Shown: piece by piece, positions 19,877-31,205 of the stretch | How positions within the stretch are numbered: the first letter of the stretch is position 1 | How the letters are laid out: every line of letters starts with the position of its first letter | Assembly: GCA_963681965.1 (NCBI GenBank) | Contig: OY820579.1 | Location: forward strand, 3,264,001 to 3,328,000 | DNA: 64,000 nt | From: a bacterium | GTDB lineage: Bacteria > Electryoneota > JAOADG01 | Direction: 5' to 3' | Program-made: the position numbers and the translations under genes | Notes under the pieces: generated by a model | Told to the model about the DNA's origin: nothing | What the model saw: only the letters and a program-made list of their open reading frames with translations | The model's database searches: none

Positions 19877-20479
19877 TTACTCCTCAGTAGTAGGTTCGCC
19901 TTGGATTTCTTTCAAGTCTCGGATCCGATCACGGATCTTCGCAGCTTCTTCATATTTTTCTTGCGAAACGAATTCTTCCAGTTTTTGCTGAAGTTGTTTC
20001 AATTCTTCTTCCGGCGATTTTTCTACCGGATCGGTAGTTTCCGATAATGGGTTCTCGCCAATTTCTCCGGTAAATCCGGTCTCAGTTAGAATTGTTTCGG
20101 CAACAAATATTTGAGCACCAGTCTTCAACGCCAATGCAATACCATCCGAAGGTCGGGCATCGATAATTTTCGTTTGATCGTTATGGCGCAGATGAATTTC
20201 AGCAAAAAAAGTATTGTTCTTCAATTCGGTCACAACCACTTTTTCAACCCGGATCTCTTCCGCATCTAACACCGATTGAAACATGTCGTACGTCAACGGT
20301 CGTTCATGTTTCACCATGCGTAGTAGCATCGAGATCGTTTGCGCTTCGGCAGGACCGATGAAAATTGGAAACCAGCGACCACCCGAATGCAACTCGCGCA
20401 AGATGATCCCATACCCTTGAAATGGGGGAAATATAGAAATACCAACCACTTCAACTGGTTCCAACGGTTCTCCTCTCAA
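19877..20479 (-). CDS. Bifunctional nuclease (DUF151) with C-terminal UvrB/UvrC motif
   Basis: PIFIGPAEA, RPLTYD, DARPSDGIALA; C-terminal EKYEEAAKIRDRI. Confidence 0.9.
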   Translation of the reverse strand: MRGEPLEPVEVVGISIFPPFQGYGIILRELHSGGRWFPIFIGPAEAQTISMLLRMVKHERPLTYDMFQSVLDAEEIRVEKVVVTELKNNTFFAEIHLRHNDQTKIIDARPSDGIALALKTGAQIFVAETILTETGFTGEIGENPLSETTDPVEKSPEEELKQLQQKLEEFVSQEKYEEAAKIRDRIRDLKEIQGEPTTEE

Positions 20480-20581
20480 CCTGTCTTATCCATATTACGT
20501 TCGTAATGTGAAATAAAATAATCCGATTGTTACTGAAATATAGATAGAAAATTAAAACAGTACCAACCAATCCTCATCACT

Positions 20582-21028
20582 TCAGTCTTTTTCTAGAATC
20601 ATCGTCACTGGACCGTCGTTTTCGGAAGTAACTAACATGTGTGCTCCAAACCGACCGTCATGTACTTCGACACCACAATCTGAAACCAATTTGAGAAATC
20701 GCTGATGAAGTTGCACCGCAAGATCGGGAGCTGCGGCTGCGACAAAATCCGGGCGACGCCCTTTCCGGCAATCGGCATGCAGCGTGAAATTCGAAACGAT
20801 CAACACTTTCCCGCCAATCTCCAATACTGATCGATCAAATCGGTCCGTTCCCGATTCACCGGGAAAAATTCGCATTCCGACTATTTTCTTTGCCATCCAC
20901 TGCATAACTTCTTCGGTATCGGACGGTGCATACGAAACCAGACACAACACACCACGCTCGATCGCAGCAATGATCGTTTGATCGACTGTCACACTCGCCC
21001 GATTGACTCGCTGAATGATTGCACGCAT
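20582..21028 (-). CDS. dtd: D-aminoacyl-tRNA deacylase
   Basis: MRAIIQRV, SNFTL, KGRRP, FGAHM, NDGPVT. Confidence 0.96.
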   Translation of the reverse strand: MRAIIQRVNRASVTVDQTIIAAIERGVLCLVSYAPSDTEEVMQWMAKKIVGMRIFPGESGTDRFDRSVLEIGGKVLIVSNFTLHADCRKGRRPDFVAAAAPDLAVQLHQRFLKLVSDCGVEVHDGRFGAHMLVTSENDGPVTMILEKD

Positions 21029-21039
21029 CTCGATACCGG

Positions 21040-24000
21040 TCAGTGGTTGTTCAAAACCAAATGAATATTGCTCTTGCCGACAATCTTCGAGAGCAATCGT
21101 AATCCTTCATGATCGATCCGGAAGGAACGATTGGTCGATCGGGTACGAAGCGAAGAAGTACCATTATCAAGAATGAATTCAATCTTCGTCTCACCCGGTC
21201 GATCTGAAAAGATCCGATTGAAACGCTCCAATAAATCGTCGGTAACCGATGTGATCGGAATCCGAAGTTGAATCGCCTTGGTGTAGGTTTGAATCGCTTT
21301 CTCCAATTCGATTGCGCTCTCCAGCCGAATTCGCGGGGCTTCCTCTTCTTCCTTTACAATCGTTGTGCCATTGATCAAGAGCAATTTTTGTGGAACCAGC
21401 AGATCCAGATATTTCGTGTACTGATTGTTAAACACCAACAAGTCGCTTGCACCACTAAAATCTTCGATCCGCGTTAGTGCCCAATACTTACCGTCTTTCG
21501 TCGATTTCCGTTGTACCGAATTCACCACGCAGGCAATCCGAATCGGTTTACCATTCCCCCACTCTTCGGCATCGCCCAGCGAATCGGTCGTCAACAGACC
21601 AATCTCGGCTTGGAAATCGTCGAGCGGATGACCGCTGATATAGTACCCGACAAGTTTTTTCTCTTGTTCCAACTGCTCGATTTTCGCCATCGGCGGTGCC
21701 GAACGGAGCACTGGAATATTGATCGCAGGCGAGGTCGACTCGCCGAACAACGAAGCTTCGTTGGAATCCGATCGTTGTGCCAGTGTCGCAAATTCGATGG
21801 CATCGCCGATCGATGCCAATAATTGACTCCGCTCGCCGAACACGTCGCAGGCACCAGCATTCACCAACGATTCGAATACTTTCTTGTTGCACAATCGAAG
21901 ATCGATCCGCATCGCCAGATCGAACAGCGATAAGAATTGTCCACTCTCTTGACGCCGCTGGATGATGTCGCGAACCGCTCCTTCACCGACATTCTTGATT
22001 GCTGCCAATCCGAACCGGATCCCTTCCGAAGTCGGTTCAAAACACAAGTTCGAATAATTCACATCGGGCGGTAACACGGCAATACCCATCCGCCGCGCTT
22101 CATTCAACAGCTTGATCACCCGATCCGGTTTACCCATATTCGACGTTAACGATGCCGCTAAAAATTCCGCCGGGAAATGCGCTTTTAAATACCCCGTCTG
22201 ATATGCCAGATAAGAGTAACCGGCACTGTGCGATTTATTGAATCCGTAATTCGAGAATTTCAGAATTTGATCGTACAGTTCGTCGGCTTGCTTCTGCGTC
22301 AAGCCATTCGCACGAGCCCCGGCGATAAATTCTGGATGCAATGTCTCCAGCAGTTTCGCATCTTTTTTACCCATCGCTTTGCGCAACGTATCGGCTTTCG
22401 ACATCGAGAAACCGCCGACTTCACGCGCGATCAGCATCACCTGCTCTTGATAGACAATAACCCCGTACGTGTCTTTCAAGATCGGTTCGAGCAGCGGATG
22501 GATATATTCGATCTGCTGGCGACCCTGCTTGCAGGCAATGAAATCGGGAATACGCTGCATCGGACCCGGGCGATACAACGCGTTCATAGCGATCAGATCG
22601 CCCAATCGACTCGGCTTCAGTTGAATGAGCGAGCGTGCCATGCCGGACGATTCAAATTGAAAGACCCCTACCGTTAGCCCTTTGCCAAACAAATCCAGCG
22701 TCTTCTCGTCGGTAAGCGGTATTGCATCGAGCGCGAATTTACCATCGCTCTGCAAATACAATGCATACTTTGCCGGATTCGCTTCGACATGGCGCACAGT
22801 CTCGCGAACTGCCTGTAACATCGTCAAACCGAGCATATCCATTTTGAGTAAGCCGGCTTTTTCGATGACATCCTTGTCGTATTGCGAAATTAATTCACCG
22901 CCCGAGATCCGGTACAGTGGGAGATATTCTGCCAGATCGCCCGGTGCGATCACCACCCCGGCGGCATGGGTACCAACCGTGCGAATTCTACCTTCCAACC
23001 GCTTGGCGGCTGCGACCAATCGAGCGTATTCCGGATTGCTCTCAACCAGCGTACGCATGTCGGCATCGGTCTCGATCGCGGCTGCAATACTGAAATAATC
23101 GGTATCCGGCGGCGGTTTCACTTTACCGTAAGCATTCGCCAGGCGTTCGACATCGGTCAGATTAATCGCCAGCACCCGACCGGCATCGCGAATTGCCGCT
23201 TTCGCCTTCATCGTACCAAAAGTGGCAATCTGACTAACGGCACTCGCACCGTATCGTTCTCGCACATATTCGATTACGATGCCGCGCGAATCGTCGGCAA
23301 AGTCGATATCCATATCCGGTGCTGAAACACGTTCCGGATTCAAAAATCGTTCGAAAATCAGATCGTATTCGATTGGATCGAGATGGGTAATATGCAGCGC
23401 GTACGCCGCCAACGATCCTGCGACCGAACCTCGACCCGGACCGACTGGAACACCGCGTTTGCGGGCTTCCGCAATAAAATCGTCGACGATGAGAAAGTAG
23501 CCGCTGAAGCCGGTACGCTTGACCACATCGAGTTCGTAATCCAACCGTTTACGATACTCTTCGCTGATATTGCCAATCCGCGATTCCAACCCTTCGCGTG
23601 CGCGTTGTTCAAAGAATTCGTCAAGACTGTCGGTACTTGCATCCGTAGGAATCGGAAATCGCGGCATCTGCACTTTGCCGGTCGGGACTTTGAAATCGAT
23701 CCGATTGGCAATTTCGACACTCCGTTCCAATGCGGCTTCGCGACCGGCGTACCATTCGTACATTTCGTCGGAAGTTTTCAAGAATGCTTCGCCGTGTTCG
23801 GCGCCGTTAATTTCGCGATACTGCATCAAGGTGAGTCGTTCGCCAACCGAATGCATCAAATCGAGTGTCTCGGCATCGTCCTTATTCAAATATTTCACAC
23901 CGTTGGTCACGACGGTTTGAATACCGAGTTCTTCACTCAATCGATCGAATTCCATGCAGAGCAATTCGTCCGATTCGCGACCGAAGTCCTGCAATTCGAG

Positions 24001-24498
24001 ATAGAACCGATCGCCGAATGCTTCTTTCCATTCGCTTGCCAAGCGTCGAGCGGTCGATTTGTCGTTGCGCTCGATATTGGTACCGATCTCGCTTTCATGG
24101 AATCCCGAAAGCACAATCAGATTCTCGCTATTCGCGAATAACCGATCCCGAAGAATAATTGCAGGGGGATAACTTTGAGTCGATTGGTAATGATCGGCGA
24201 TCAATCGGCAGAGCGACCGATATCCTGCTAGATTGATAGGAAAGACGAGAATCGAGGCGGAACCGTTACCGCGTTCCTTTTCGAGTTGCAACTCGATGCC
24301 ATGGATCGGTTCGATGTTTTGTTTCTTACACTTCTCTTGGAATTCGATCGCACCGAACATGACCCCGAAATCGGTCAACGCGATCCGGTCGAATCCGCGT
24401 TTTTGTGCGGTCGAAACCAATGAACTGACAGAGGGAACACCGGTTAAAATGCTGTATTCGCTGCGTACGCGAAGATGAACGAACGGTTTACCGCTCAT
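21040..24498 (-). CDS. dnaE: DNA polymerase III alpha subunit
   Basis: GPGRGSVAGS, FERFLNPER, PDMDIDF, GVFQFES, YGFNKSH; start placed at ATG 24498. Confidence 0.97.
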   Translation of the reverse strand: MSGKPFVHLRVRSEYSILTGVPSVSSLVSTAQKRGFDRIALTDFGVMFGAIEFQEKCKKQNIEPIHGIELQLEKERGNGSASILVFPINLAGYRSLCRLIADHYQSTQSYPPAIILRDRLFANSENLIVLSGFHESEIGTNIERNDKSTARRLASEWKEAFGDRFYLELQDFGRESDELLCMEFDRLSEELGIQTVVTNGVKYLNKDDAETLDLMHSVGERLTLMQYREINGAEHGEAFLKTSDEMYEWYAGREAALERSVEIANRIDFKVPTGKVQMPRFPIPTDASTDSLDEFFEQRAREGLESRIGNISEEYRKRLDYELDVVKRTGFSGYFLIVDDFIAEARKRGVPVGPGRGSVAGSLAAYALHITHLDPIEYDLIFERFLNPERVSAPDMDIDFADDSRGIVIEYVRERYGASAVSQIATFGTMKAKAAIRDAGRVLAINLTDVERLANAYGKVKPPPDTDYFSIAAAIETDADMRTLVESNPEYARLVAAAKRLEGRIRTVGTHAAGVVIAPGDLAEYLPLYRISGGELISQYDKDVIEKAGLLKMDMLGLTMLQAVRETVRHVEANPAKYALYLQSDGKFALDAIPLTDEKTLDLFGKGLTVGVFQFESSGMARSLIQLKPSRLGDLIAMNALYRPGPMQRIPDFIACKQGRQQIEYIHPLLEPILKDTYGVIVYQEQVMLIAREVGGFSMSKADTLRKAMGKKDAKLLETLHPEFIAGARANGLTQKQADELYDQILKFSNYGFNKSHSAGYSYLAYQTGYLKAHFPAEFLAASLTSNMGKPDRVIKLLNEARRMGIAVLPPDVNYSNLCFEPTSEGIRFGLAAIKNVGEGAVRDIIQRRQESGQFLSLFDLAMRIDLRLCNKKVFESLVNAGACDVFGERSQLLASIGDAIEFATLAQRSDSNEASLFGESTSPAINIPVLRSAPPMAKIEQLEQEKKLVGYYISGHPLDDFQAEIGLLTTDSLGDAEEWGNGKPIRIACVVNSVQRKSTKDGKYWALTRIEDFSGASDLLVFNNQYTKYLDLLVPQKLLLINGTTIVKEEEEAPRIRLESAIELEKAIQTYTKAIQLRIPITSVTDDLLERFNRIFSDRPGETKIEFILDNGTSSLRTRSTNRSFRIDHEGLRLLSKIVGKSNIHLVLNNH

Positions 24499-24715
24499 TG
24501 ATGAAAGTCCAAACCACAAATAAAATAATTATGATTAAAATTAATACGCCGACAAATATGAGATTGGAGGACGAGAGTAAAATCAAACCCTGTGAGAGAA
24601 TCAAACCGACCAAAATAGTCAATAACAGCGCGAAAGTATATTTTCGCTGATCGCGAAACCGTGGATCGTGGAACCATCGTCTGATTTTTCTTCGAAAAGA
24701 GTTTGATCGATGCAT
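24488..24715 (-). CDS. Small hypothetical membrane protein
   Basis: 75-aa ORF filling the murA-dnaE gap, with two hydrophobic segments. Confidence 0.45.
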   Translation of the reverse strand: MHRSNSFRRKIRRWFHDPRFRDQRKYTFALLLTILVGLILSQGLILLSSSNLIFVGVLILIIIILFVVWTFINER

Positions 24716-25975
24716 CTATTCCTCTTTCTCGCGCACAATGTGTGCACCTACTTCGGTCAATTTTTGTTCGATTCGTTCGTATCCACGATCCAAATGATAG
24801 ATCCGTGAAAGTAATGTCGAACCCGATGCCGCCAATCCAGCTAACACGAGACTCGATGACGCGCGGATGTCGGTCGACATCACCGGCGCACCTTTCAACA
24901 CAATATTTCCGACGACTTGTGCGACATTTCCATCCATCCGAATTTGAGCGCCTAATCGTCTGAGTTCGGCAACATGAGTAAACCGGTCTAAATATACTGT
25001 TTCGGTAACCAGACTGTCCCCACTCGCCTGCGTCATCAACGCAATCCACTGCGCTTGAAGATCGGTCGGAAAGCCCGGATACGGTGCCGTCTTAATATCG
25101 ACCGGGTGCAATTTATCGGGACGCTTGACTGTGATTGTGTCAGTCGCATCGACATCGATCTGGCATCCAGCTTCCCGCAATTTTTCAATAACGATACCGA
25201 TATGTTTCGCATTGCCGCCGTCGAACCGGATGCTCTCGCCAACCAGCGCTGCCGCGATCATGTAAGTACCCAATTCGATGCGGTCGGGAATGATCGCCAG
25301 CGATACCGGATGCAATTCCTTCACACCGTGAACGACAATTCGCGATTGCCCCACACCTTCGATCTCTGCCCCCATCGCAACCAGCATTTCGGTCAACTGC
25401 ACGATTTCCGGTTCGCGGGCACAATTTTCCAGAACGGTAGTACCTTCGGCGAGAACCGCCGCCATCAAGACGTTACCGGTAGCTCCGACCGACGATAATT
25501 CGAAGATAATCTCGGTGCCGCGCAATTTGTCACACCGGGCAGAAATATATCCTGCGTCGATATCGATCGTCGCGCCGAGTTTTGCAACCGCTTTTAAATG
25601 CTGATCGACCGGACGCGGTCCCCAGGCACATCCGCCCGGCAACGAAACGCGCGCCTCGCCGTAGCGCGCCAGTAGCGGACCAAGCACATAAAACGATGCG
25701 CGCATCGTCTTGACAAGATCGTATGAAGCGGTTCGATTGGCGCTTTCGCCGACCTGAAGGTGAAGTACACTACCGTCGATCGATCCATGAGCATTCAAAT
25801 CGCCCAATAATCGTAGCATCGTTCGGGTGTCGCGCAAATTCGGCACATTGTCGAAGACGTATTCCCCGTCGCAAAGCAACGCTGCCGACAACAATGGCAA
25901 CGCCGAATTCTTCGCACCGGAAATTCCGATTGTGCCGGTTAACGGATAACCACCTTCGATGACAAAACGATCCAT
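24716..25975 (-). CDS. murA: UDP-N-acetylglucosamine 1-carboxyvinyltransferase
   Basis: GAKNSALP, MRAS, LPGGCAWGPRPVDQH (catalytic Cys), PGFPTDLQ, TDIRA, DRGYE. Confidence 0.97.
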   Translation of the reverse strand: MDRFVIEGGYPLTGTIGISGAKNSALPLLSAALLCDGEYVFDNVPNLRDTRTMLRLLGDLNAHGSIDGSVLHLQVGESANRTASYDLVKTMRASFYVLGPLLARYGEARVSLPGGCAWGPRPVDQHLKAVAKLGATIDIDAGYISARCDKLRGTEIIFELSSVGATGNVLMAAVLAEGTTVLENCAREPEIVQLTEMLVAMGAEIEGVGQSRIVVHGVKELHPVSLAIIPDRIELGTYMIAAALVGESIRFDGGNAKHIGIVIEKLREAGCQIDVDATDTITVKRPDKLHPVDIKTAPYPGFPTDLQAQWIALMTQASGDSLVTETVYLDRFTHVAELRRLGAQIRMDGNVAQVVGNIVLKGAPVMSTDIRASSSLVLAGLAASGSTLLSRIYHLDRGYERIEQKLTEVGAHIVREKEE

Positions 25976-26169
25976 TACAAACCTATCTGTGACGAATTAG
26001 AAAGTGCTCAATTATCGACGTCGATTGCAACTATTCGATCGCTAATTCGTCAGAAATTGTTATTGATAATCCAGTATTCTATTGTCACATTTTAAATGAA
26101 ATAGAAAATAATTATAGGCATGAAATATGAACCAATACTTTTTCCTAAAATATAGTGGTTCTCATAGGT

Positions 26170-26286
26170 AAGTTGTCATTGGTAGTAGGGTCGGATCCCC
26201 AATATCCAGTTACAGATATCATTTATCGGAACAGACACTCTTGTCTGTCCTTGTTATGCAACCCTCACACCTATTCATAACAACTT
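26170..26286. repeat. MITE-like element, copy B (degenerate)
   Basis: AAGTTGTCAT...ATAACAACTT ends; decayed GTAG hairpin plus ACAGACACTCTTGTCTGT hairpin. Confidence 0.65.
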
Positions 26287-26418
26287 ATTTCAAGCGATAC
26301 GATAAGCCAAATTTATCCAATTTTCAGTACCATTTCACACTATTCTCAATCGAATCGCATTCTAGTCGATCTGAAGTCGAATGGATGAAATCGTCATAAA
26401 AAATATATTTACCGGAAA

Positions 26419-28077
26419 TTACAAGTGTTGAAATTCGGAAAGCAACTCAATTGCACCCTGTCGGGCTCCACTCCCAGTCTCCGATCCGCTTAACATCTCG
26501 GCGAGGGATTGAATACGTTCTTCGTACCCCAAATTCCGGGAACTGATCGAAGTGTGCTGATCGGTCATTTTCTTCTCGATCGCAATATGCTGATGTGCCG
26601 CTGCCGCTACCTGTGGTAAATGGGTCACCATCGCAATCGGTCGATTGTTACCGATACGGCGCAAACACATGCCGACTGCCGATGCGATTTTCCCCGAAAC
26701 ACCGCGATCGACTTCGTCCAAAATTAATGTGACCGGATCGTCGGCATCGCACACCGATAACAGTGACAACTCCAGTCGTGCCAGTTCGCCACCGGAAATC
26801 ACCTCGCCTAATTCACGCGGTTGAACATCGGGATTGGCAGAAAACAGAATTGTCAGTTGATCCACTCCGCTTTCCGTCGGGCGATCGAAACAGCTCCATT
26901 CTGACACTAATTGCGGGTGCTGAATGCCCATTGCCGGGAGTGCCATCGCAGCTTTGGCAAATAGTGCATCGGCGGCGATTTTCCGACGCTCCGACAAAGT
27001 ATTCGCGCTGTGATGATACTTCGCCATACAATCCGCTTCGTGCCGTTCTGCTTCGATGATCGCGATATCCAACGTATCGTAGCTTTCAACGGTCTCCTGA
27101 AGTTTCGCGACGCGATCCGGAATCGCTTCGGCAATGAGGTGCCATTTATGTTCGCAGTCGAAAATTCGCTGAAGTCGCTGCTCGAGTGCTTCAATTCGTT
27201 GCGGATCGCCGTTGATTCGGGATAGATCGTGGTTGGCATCGCGCGCTAATTCGCGAAGATCGATCGAAATTTCTTCGATGCGCGTTGCAAACTGATTGAG
27301 TCGTTCATCCCAATGAGCACCGTTTCGAGCTGCAGTTAACGCACTGTTGACGATCGTTACCGCCGAACCTCGTTCACCGTCCAGTGTTTCGGAGACTGTG
27401 AGATATGCGGTTCGAACCGATTCGATATTTTTTTGGAGTTCGCTCTCTTGTTTCAATCGCTCAACTTCACCCGGTTGATACTGTAGCGTGGTCAATTCAT
27501 TCAATTCGGTTCGAAGCCATTCGAGCGCACTGCGATCGCGATGACTACGTTCGCGCAATTCCTGGATCCGGTCGAATGCCTGTTTCCAATCGCGATATTT
27601 TTGCCCGGTATCCTCTAACAAACTTCCGTTATGTGCATAAGCGTCGACAAACATCATTTGTCGTGCCGGATCGCGAAGTGCACCGACGTCTTCCTGCAAT
27701 GAAAACCGCATCAACAATTTGGCAATCTCGCCCAATGTCGCATTCGTTACCGGTGAATCATTGACAAAAGCGCGCGAGCGTCCGTCTTGCCGGAAATCGC
27801 GACGGAGAATCCACTCGAATGCGTACTCATCGACCAATTTACCGATCTCAGCCGATCTGGCTTCATCGGGTAGAAACACTGCCTCGATAAAACCCTTGTC
27901 GGCATTTTCTCGAACTTCCTGTCCACTCGCTTTGCGTCCGGTCAGCAACGTCAGTGCCCGGACAATCATCGATTTTCCCGCACCCGATTCGCCGGTAATG
28001 GCAACAAAACCGCGATCGAGTTGGATCTCGAGGTCTTCAATCAAGTAGAGATTGTGAATTCGGAATGAAACAAGCAT
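26419..28077 (-). CDS. recN: DNA repair protein RecN
   Basis: Walker A GESGAGKS, coiled coil, SGGELAR signature, LDEVD, THLPQVAA. Confidence 0.93.
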   Translation of the reverse strand: MLVSFRIHNLYLIEDLEIQLDRGFVAITGESGAGKSMIVRALTLLTGRKASGQEVRENADKGFIEAVFLPDEARSAEIGKLVDEYAFEWILRRDFRQDGRSRAFVNDSPVTNATLGEIAKLLMRFSLQEDVGALRDPARQMMFVDAYAHNGSLLEDTGQKYRDWKQAFDRIQELRERSHRDRSALEWLRTELNELTTLQYQPGEVERLKQESELQKNIESVRTAYLTVSETLDGERGSAVTIVNSALTAARNGAHWDERLNQFATRIEEISIDLRELARDANHDLSRINGDPQRIEALEQRLQRIFDCEHKWHLIAEAIPDRVAKLQETVESYDTLDIAIIEAERHEADCMAKYHHSANTLSERRKIAADALFAKAAMALPAMGIQHPQLVSEWSCFDRPTESGVDQLTILFSANPDVQPRELGEVISGGELARLELSLLSVCDADDPVTLILDEVDRGVSGKIASAVGMCLRRIGNNRPIAMVTHLPQVAAAAHQHIAIEKKMTDQHTSISSRNLGYEERIQSLAEMLSGSETGSGARQGAIELLSEFQHL

Positions 28078-28079
28078 AA

Positions 28080-30365
28080 TTACGGTGTTATTACTGCAAT
28101 TTTTCCACGAGACGTTTTCCCATCGGGAGCGGTTACGGTGATGTAATATACACCGCTGGCAACGCGTTGACCACTGCTATTCTTGCCATCCCAACCTACT
28201 CCGGCAGCTTCCAGAAATCCAAGTTTCCTGACCAGCAAACCGGAAACCGTAAAAATCCGGATATCGGCATCGGAAACCAATCCCGTTTCCCCGAATTTCA
28301 TGTATGCAGATCCATTGTTGATGTATGGATTGGGAATGGGAGTGATTGAACCCAGACTTTGACCCATTTGCCGAAATGGCGTTTTTAAAATCGAAATACC
28401 GTAATCGTTGACGATGAATAGTTCACCGGTGGAGTTGACAAATTGAATTTTTCCGATGTTGTTGCTGGATAAACCGGTGGGATTGGTAGCAGTGGATTTG
28501 TGAAATGAAGTAATCCAACTCTGTCCGTCGGCTGCCAATAACGCCAGACCATTATTCGTTCCAACCCAAATTTGTCCCATCGCATCGGTAGTGAGCGAGT
28601 TGACACTGGATACTGAAAATGGCAATGCCAATGAATAAAATGTCGTGCCAGTCAAGCTTTCACCGAGATGGGCATAATACAAATAACTACCCACAGCCAG
28701 ATACAGCGTTCCATCGCTGCTGCATGCCATCGATTCAACCGGTAAATCCGCCGGTAAACCTGCTTCAGTACTAAAATTTTTCCGGATATCGTCGGTGGTA
28801 TTCAGATAGGTACCGCGAAAATCATACGCAGTCAGTTTTTGCGAACCGATATTGGATGCTGCAAGCCAAACCCGATCCCAAGGGTCGATCGCCAATCGTG
28901 TGACATAGGGAATCGGAGTGTCTTGAAACGAACCAACACGGAGCCAGGGTCCATTTTCCCAACCCCGGGTCACTCCTGCACCTTCCGGTAACAAAACCAG
29001 CGTATTGCCATCGACCGCTTCTTGATTAACCGCAACAATGCGACCAGTCGAGAGAAAACCAATTGCCGAAATTGTCGATTCCGACCCGTTCCGACCACCG
29101 ATATGCCCGCCAGTGGCTGCGTAATGATCGAAGTATTGAATCGAATCGGGATAGATTACCGCCAGACCGCTACTCAGCGTTCCAACCCAAAAATTATTAT
29201 AGGGATCGGGAACAATTACCAAAGGATCCTGCCGGTATAAACCGGTATCGATGAGATCGCTGAACCGATTGTAGAATGACCACTCGTTATTCCTTCGAAT
29301 ATTTATTCCCAGCTCAGGGATGCCGCCACAGATCACGCCCACAGCCCCGTCGGTGCGTCGCGTTCCACCGCGCAAATTATAGTATAACGGAGTATTGGGA
29401 TTGTCGACCGTCCAACTCGAAGTTGCTTGATCGTAACTGGCATAAGAGGAAACCGAAGTCGTGGTAGAGGGGCAGTACGTATATATTTTTTGTGGAGCCG
29501 TTGCCAGCAAGCTGATCGGACGGCGAAGCCCAAACGGAGTTAAATTGCTCAATCGATAGATGTCGTTTGCCATCAAAAGGATCAGTGAGTCGTTAAAAGA
29601 TCCGACACGAGCGATCCACCCGCTGTAAATATTGTGCGCTACGGTATCGACGATACTGTAGCAGCCGCCGACATCGTTCGAAACAAAAATTGTATCGTGA
29701 AAATCAATGATATTGCGGACTTCCGGCATTAATCCGGAAATATTATGCCATCCCAAAGGAGTGATCAGCGAAGAATTGTTCCATAAGCCGTACGCCAATC
29801 CCTGATTTGTTGCCACCCAAATCGTATCGTGTTTGACTAATAAATCGTAAACGGTAGAATTTCTTGTGATCGATCCAAAACTGTGATAATTCTCTTTCAC
29901 AATCCAGTCGTTGAGATGGGTTGAAAAAGTCAATCTTGATATTCCCGAATTCGTAGAAACCAATAATTCGTTGCGATTCTCGCAGATCAGTTGGATCTCG
30001 TTGATTTCGGCATCGTTTCGAAAGGGATCCAGCCAATATCCCTCGTTGTTTTTTGGGTATAGATGTGCTATCGATTTATCACTGCACCCAACCCATACCC
30101 CACCATCTTTTGCAATCGATACTGTCGTTACGCCATTCGAGGTCAAGATGCCGTCGGCGACTGTCCACATACGATCCCCATCGGGTGTTCGGATCAACAA
30201 TCCACCGGGTGTGGCGACGTAAAGGGTATCTCCCGCAGTGGCAAATGGATTGTTATTGTACGACATCGCACTACTGAAGTGCGGAATGTTGCCTGAAGTG
30301 ACCGATTCCCAAGTAAATGCGTCCGCTTGAGGAACAAACAGAAGTAACAATAAGTAGGGAAGCAT
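28080..30365 (-). CDS. PorZ-like secreted beta-propeller protein with T9SS/FlgD-type CTD
   Basis: Signal peptide, repeated WVGT/WVAT propeller blades, C-terminal PNPY...IFTVSGLLVR...WDGKNSSGQRVASGVY. Confidence 0.7.
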   Translation of the reverse strand: MLPYLLLLLFVPQADAFTWESVTSGNIPHFSSAMSYNNNPFATAGDTLYVATPGGLLIRTPDGDRMWTVADGILTSNGVTTVSIAKDGGVWVGCSDKSIAHLYPKNNEGYWLDPFRNDAEINEIQLICENRNELLVSTNSGISRLTFSTHLNDWIVKENYHSFGSITRNSTVYDLLVKHDTIWVATNQGLAYGLWNNSSLITPLGWHNISGLMPEVRNIIDFHDTIFVSNDVGGCYSIVDTVAHNIYSGWIARVGSFNDSLILLMANDIYRLSNLTPFGLRRPISLLATAPQKIYTYCPSTTTSVSSYASYDQATSSWTVDNPNTPLYYNLRGGTRRTDGAVGVICGGIPELGINIRRNNEWSFYNRFSDLIDTGLYRQDPLVIVPDPYNNFWVGTLSSGLAVIYPDSIQYFDHYAATGGHIGGRNGSESTISAIGFLSTGRIVAVNQEAVDGNTLVLLPEGAGVTRGWENGPWLRVGSFQDTPIPYVTRLAIDPWDRVWLAASNIGSQKLTAYDFRGTYLNTTDDIRKNFSTEAGLPADLPVESMACSSDGTLYLAVGSYLYYAHLGESLTGTTFYSLALPFSVSSVNSLTTDAMGQIWVGTNNGLALLAADGQSWITSFHKSTATNPTGLSSNNIGKIQFVNSTGELFIVNDYGISILKTPFRQMGQSLGSITPIPNPYINNGSAYMKFGETGLVSDADIRIFTVSGLLVRKLGFLEAAGVGWDGKNSSGQRVASGVYYITVTAPDGKTSRGKIAVITP

Positions 30366-30569
30366 GGACGATCCTTATTGAGATGGAATACAAAATGAAC
30401 CAGGATAGCGAGAAATATCAAGAATACCAGTTGGTTCTCCAAATGATATTCTTTTAGTAATACGTCTAGTTAATTTGTTGGGTTTCGCAATGATTGACCA
30501 AGTAAAAATCCGGTTTTGTTCGAACAACCGCGAAACCCATCAAATCATACTTATCTGGATCATGAAAGT

Positions 30570-30686
30570 TTGTTGTCATCGCTAGCAGGGGCAGATCCCC
30601 GTGTCCGCCCGCAGGATTCATTTGTAGGTACTGTCACTCTTGTCGGTACCCGTTCGGCAAAACAAAACACTAACTCATGACAACTA
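30570..30686. repeat. MITE-like element, copy C
   Basis: GTTGTCAT...ATGACAAC ends with two internal hairpins homologous to copy D. Confidence 0.7.
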
Positions 30687-30713
30687 ATTTTCAAGAGATC
30701 CAATTAATCGACG

Positions 30714-31205
30714 CTACTTGAGTTTTCCGTACAGATCGCTTAGCTCTAGCGCAGTGATCGCTGCATCCCAACCGCGATTGCCGGACTTCGTACCGGCACG
30801 GTCGACTGCTTGATCGACTGTATCGGTAGTCAGAATACCGTAAACTACCGGAATGGAACAATGCAATCCGATCTGGGCAATTCCCTTCGAGACTTCCGCC
30901 GCGACATAATCGAAATGCGGAGTATCGCCCCGAATGACCGCTCCCAAGCAGATCACTGCCGCGGGAGGTGTTAATCGCGCAACGACTTTACCGACAACTG
31001 CCGGAATTTCCCATGCACCCGGAACACGAATCAATTCGATATTCGATAATTCCGTGCCGTGTCGCGTAAGGCAATCGATGGCGCCCTCGATCAGTTTGGA
31101 AACGATGAAATCATTAAAGCGTGATGCAACGAGGGTAAAATGCTTACCGGATCCCTCGTAGCTGCCTTGAATAGTTTTTATCGAGGTCTGAGATTTTTCG
31201 CTCAT
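30714..31205 (-). CDS. ribH: 6,7-dimethyl-8-ribityllumazine synthase
   Basis: [27 protein letters not shown]. Confidence 0.97.
   Translation of the reverse strand: MSEKSQTSIKTIQGSYEGSGKHFTLVASRFNDFIVSKLIEGAIDCLTRHGTELSNIELIRVPGAWEIPAVVGKVVARLTPPAAVICLGAVIRGDTPHFDYVAAEVSKGIAQIGLHCSIPVVYGILTTDTVDQAVDRAGTKSGNRGWDAAITALELSDLYGKLK

Noticed and set aside
30194-30442. Possible small membrane ORF upstream of the porZ-like gene
   Set aside because: It overlaps the porZ-like gene out of frame by over 170 bp and has no recognisable motif.
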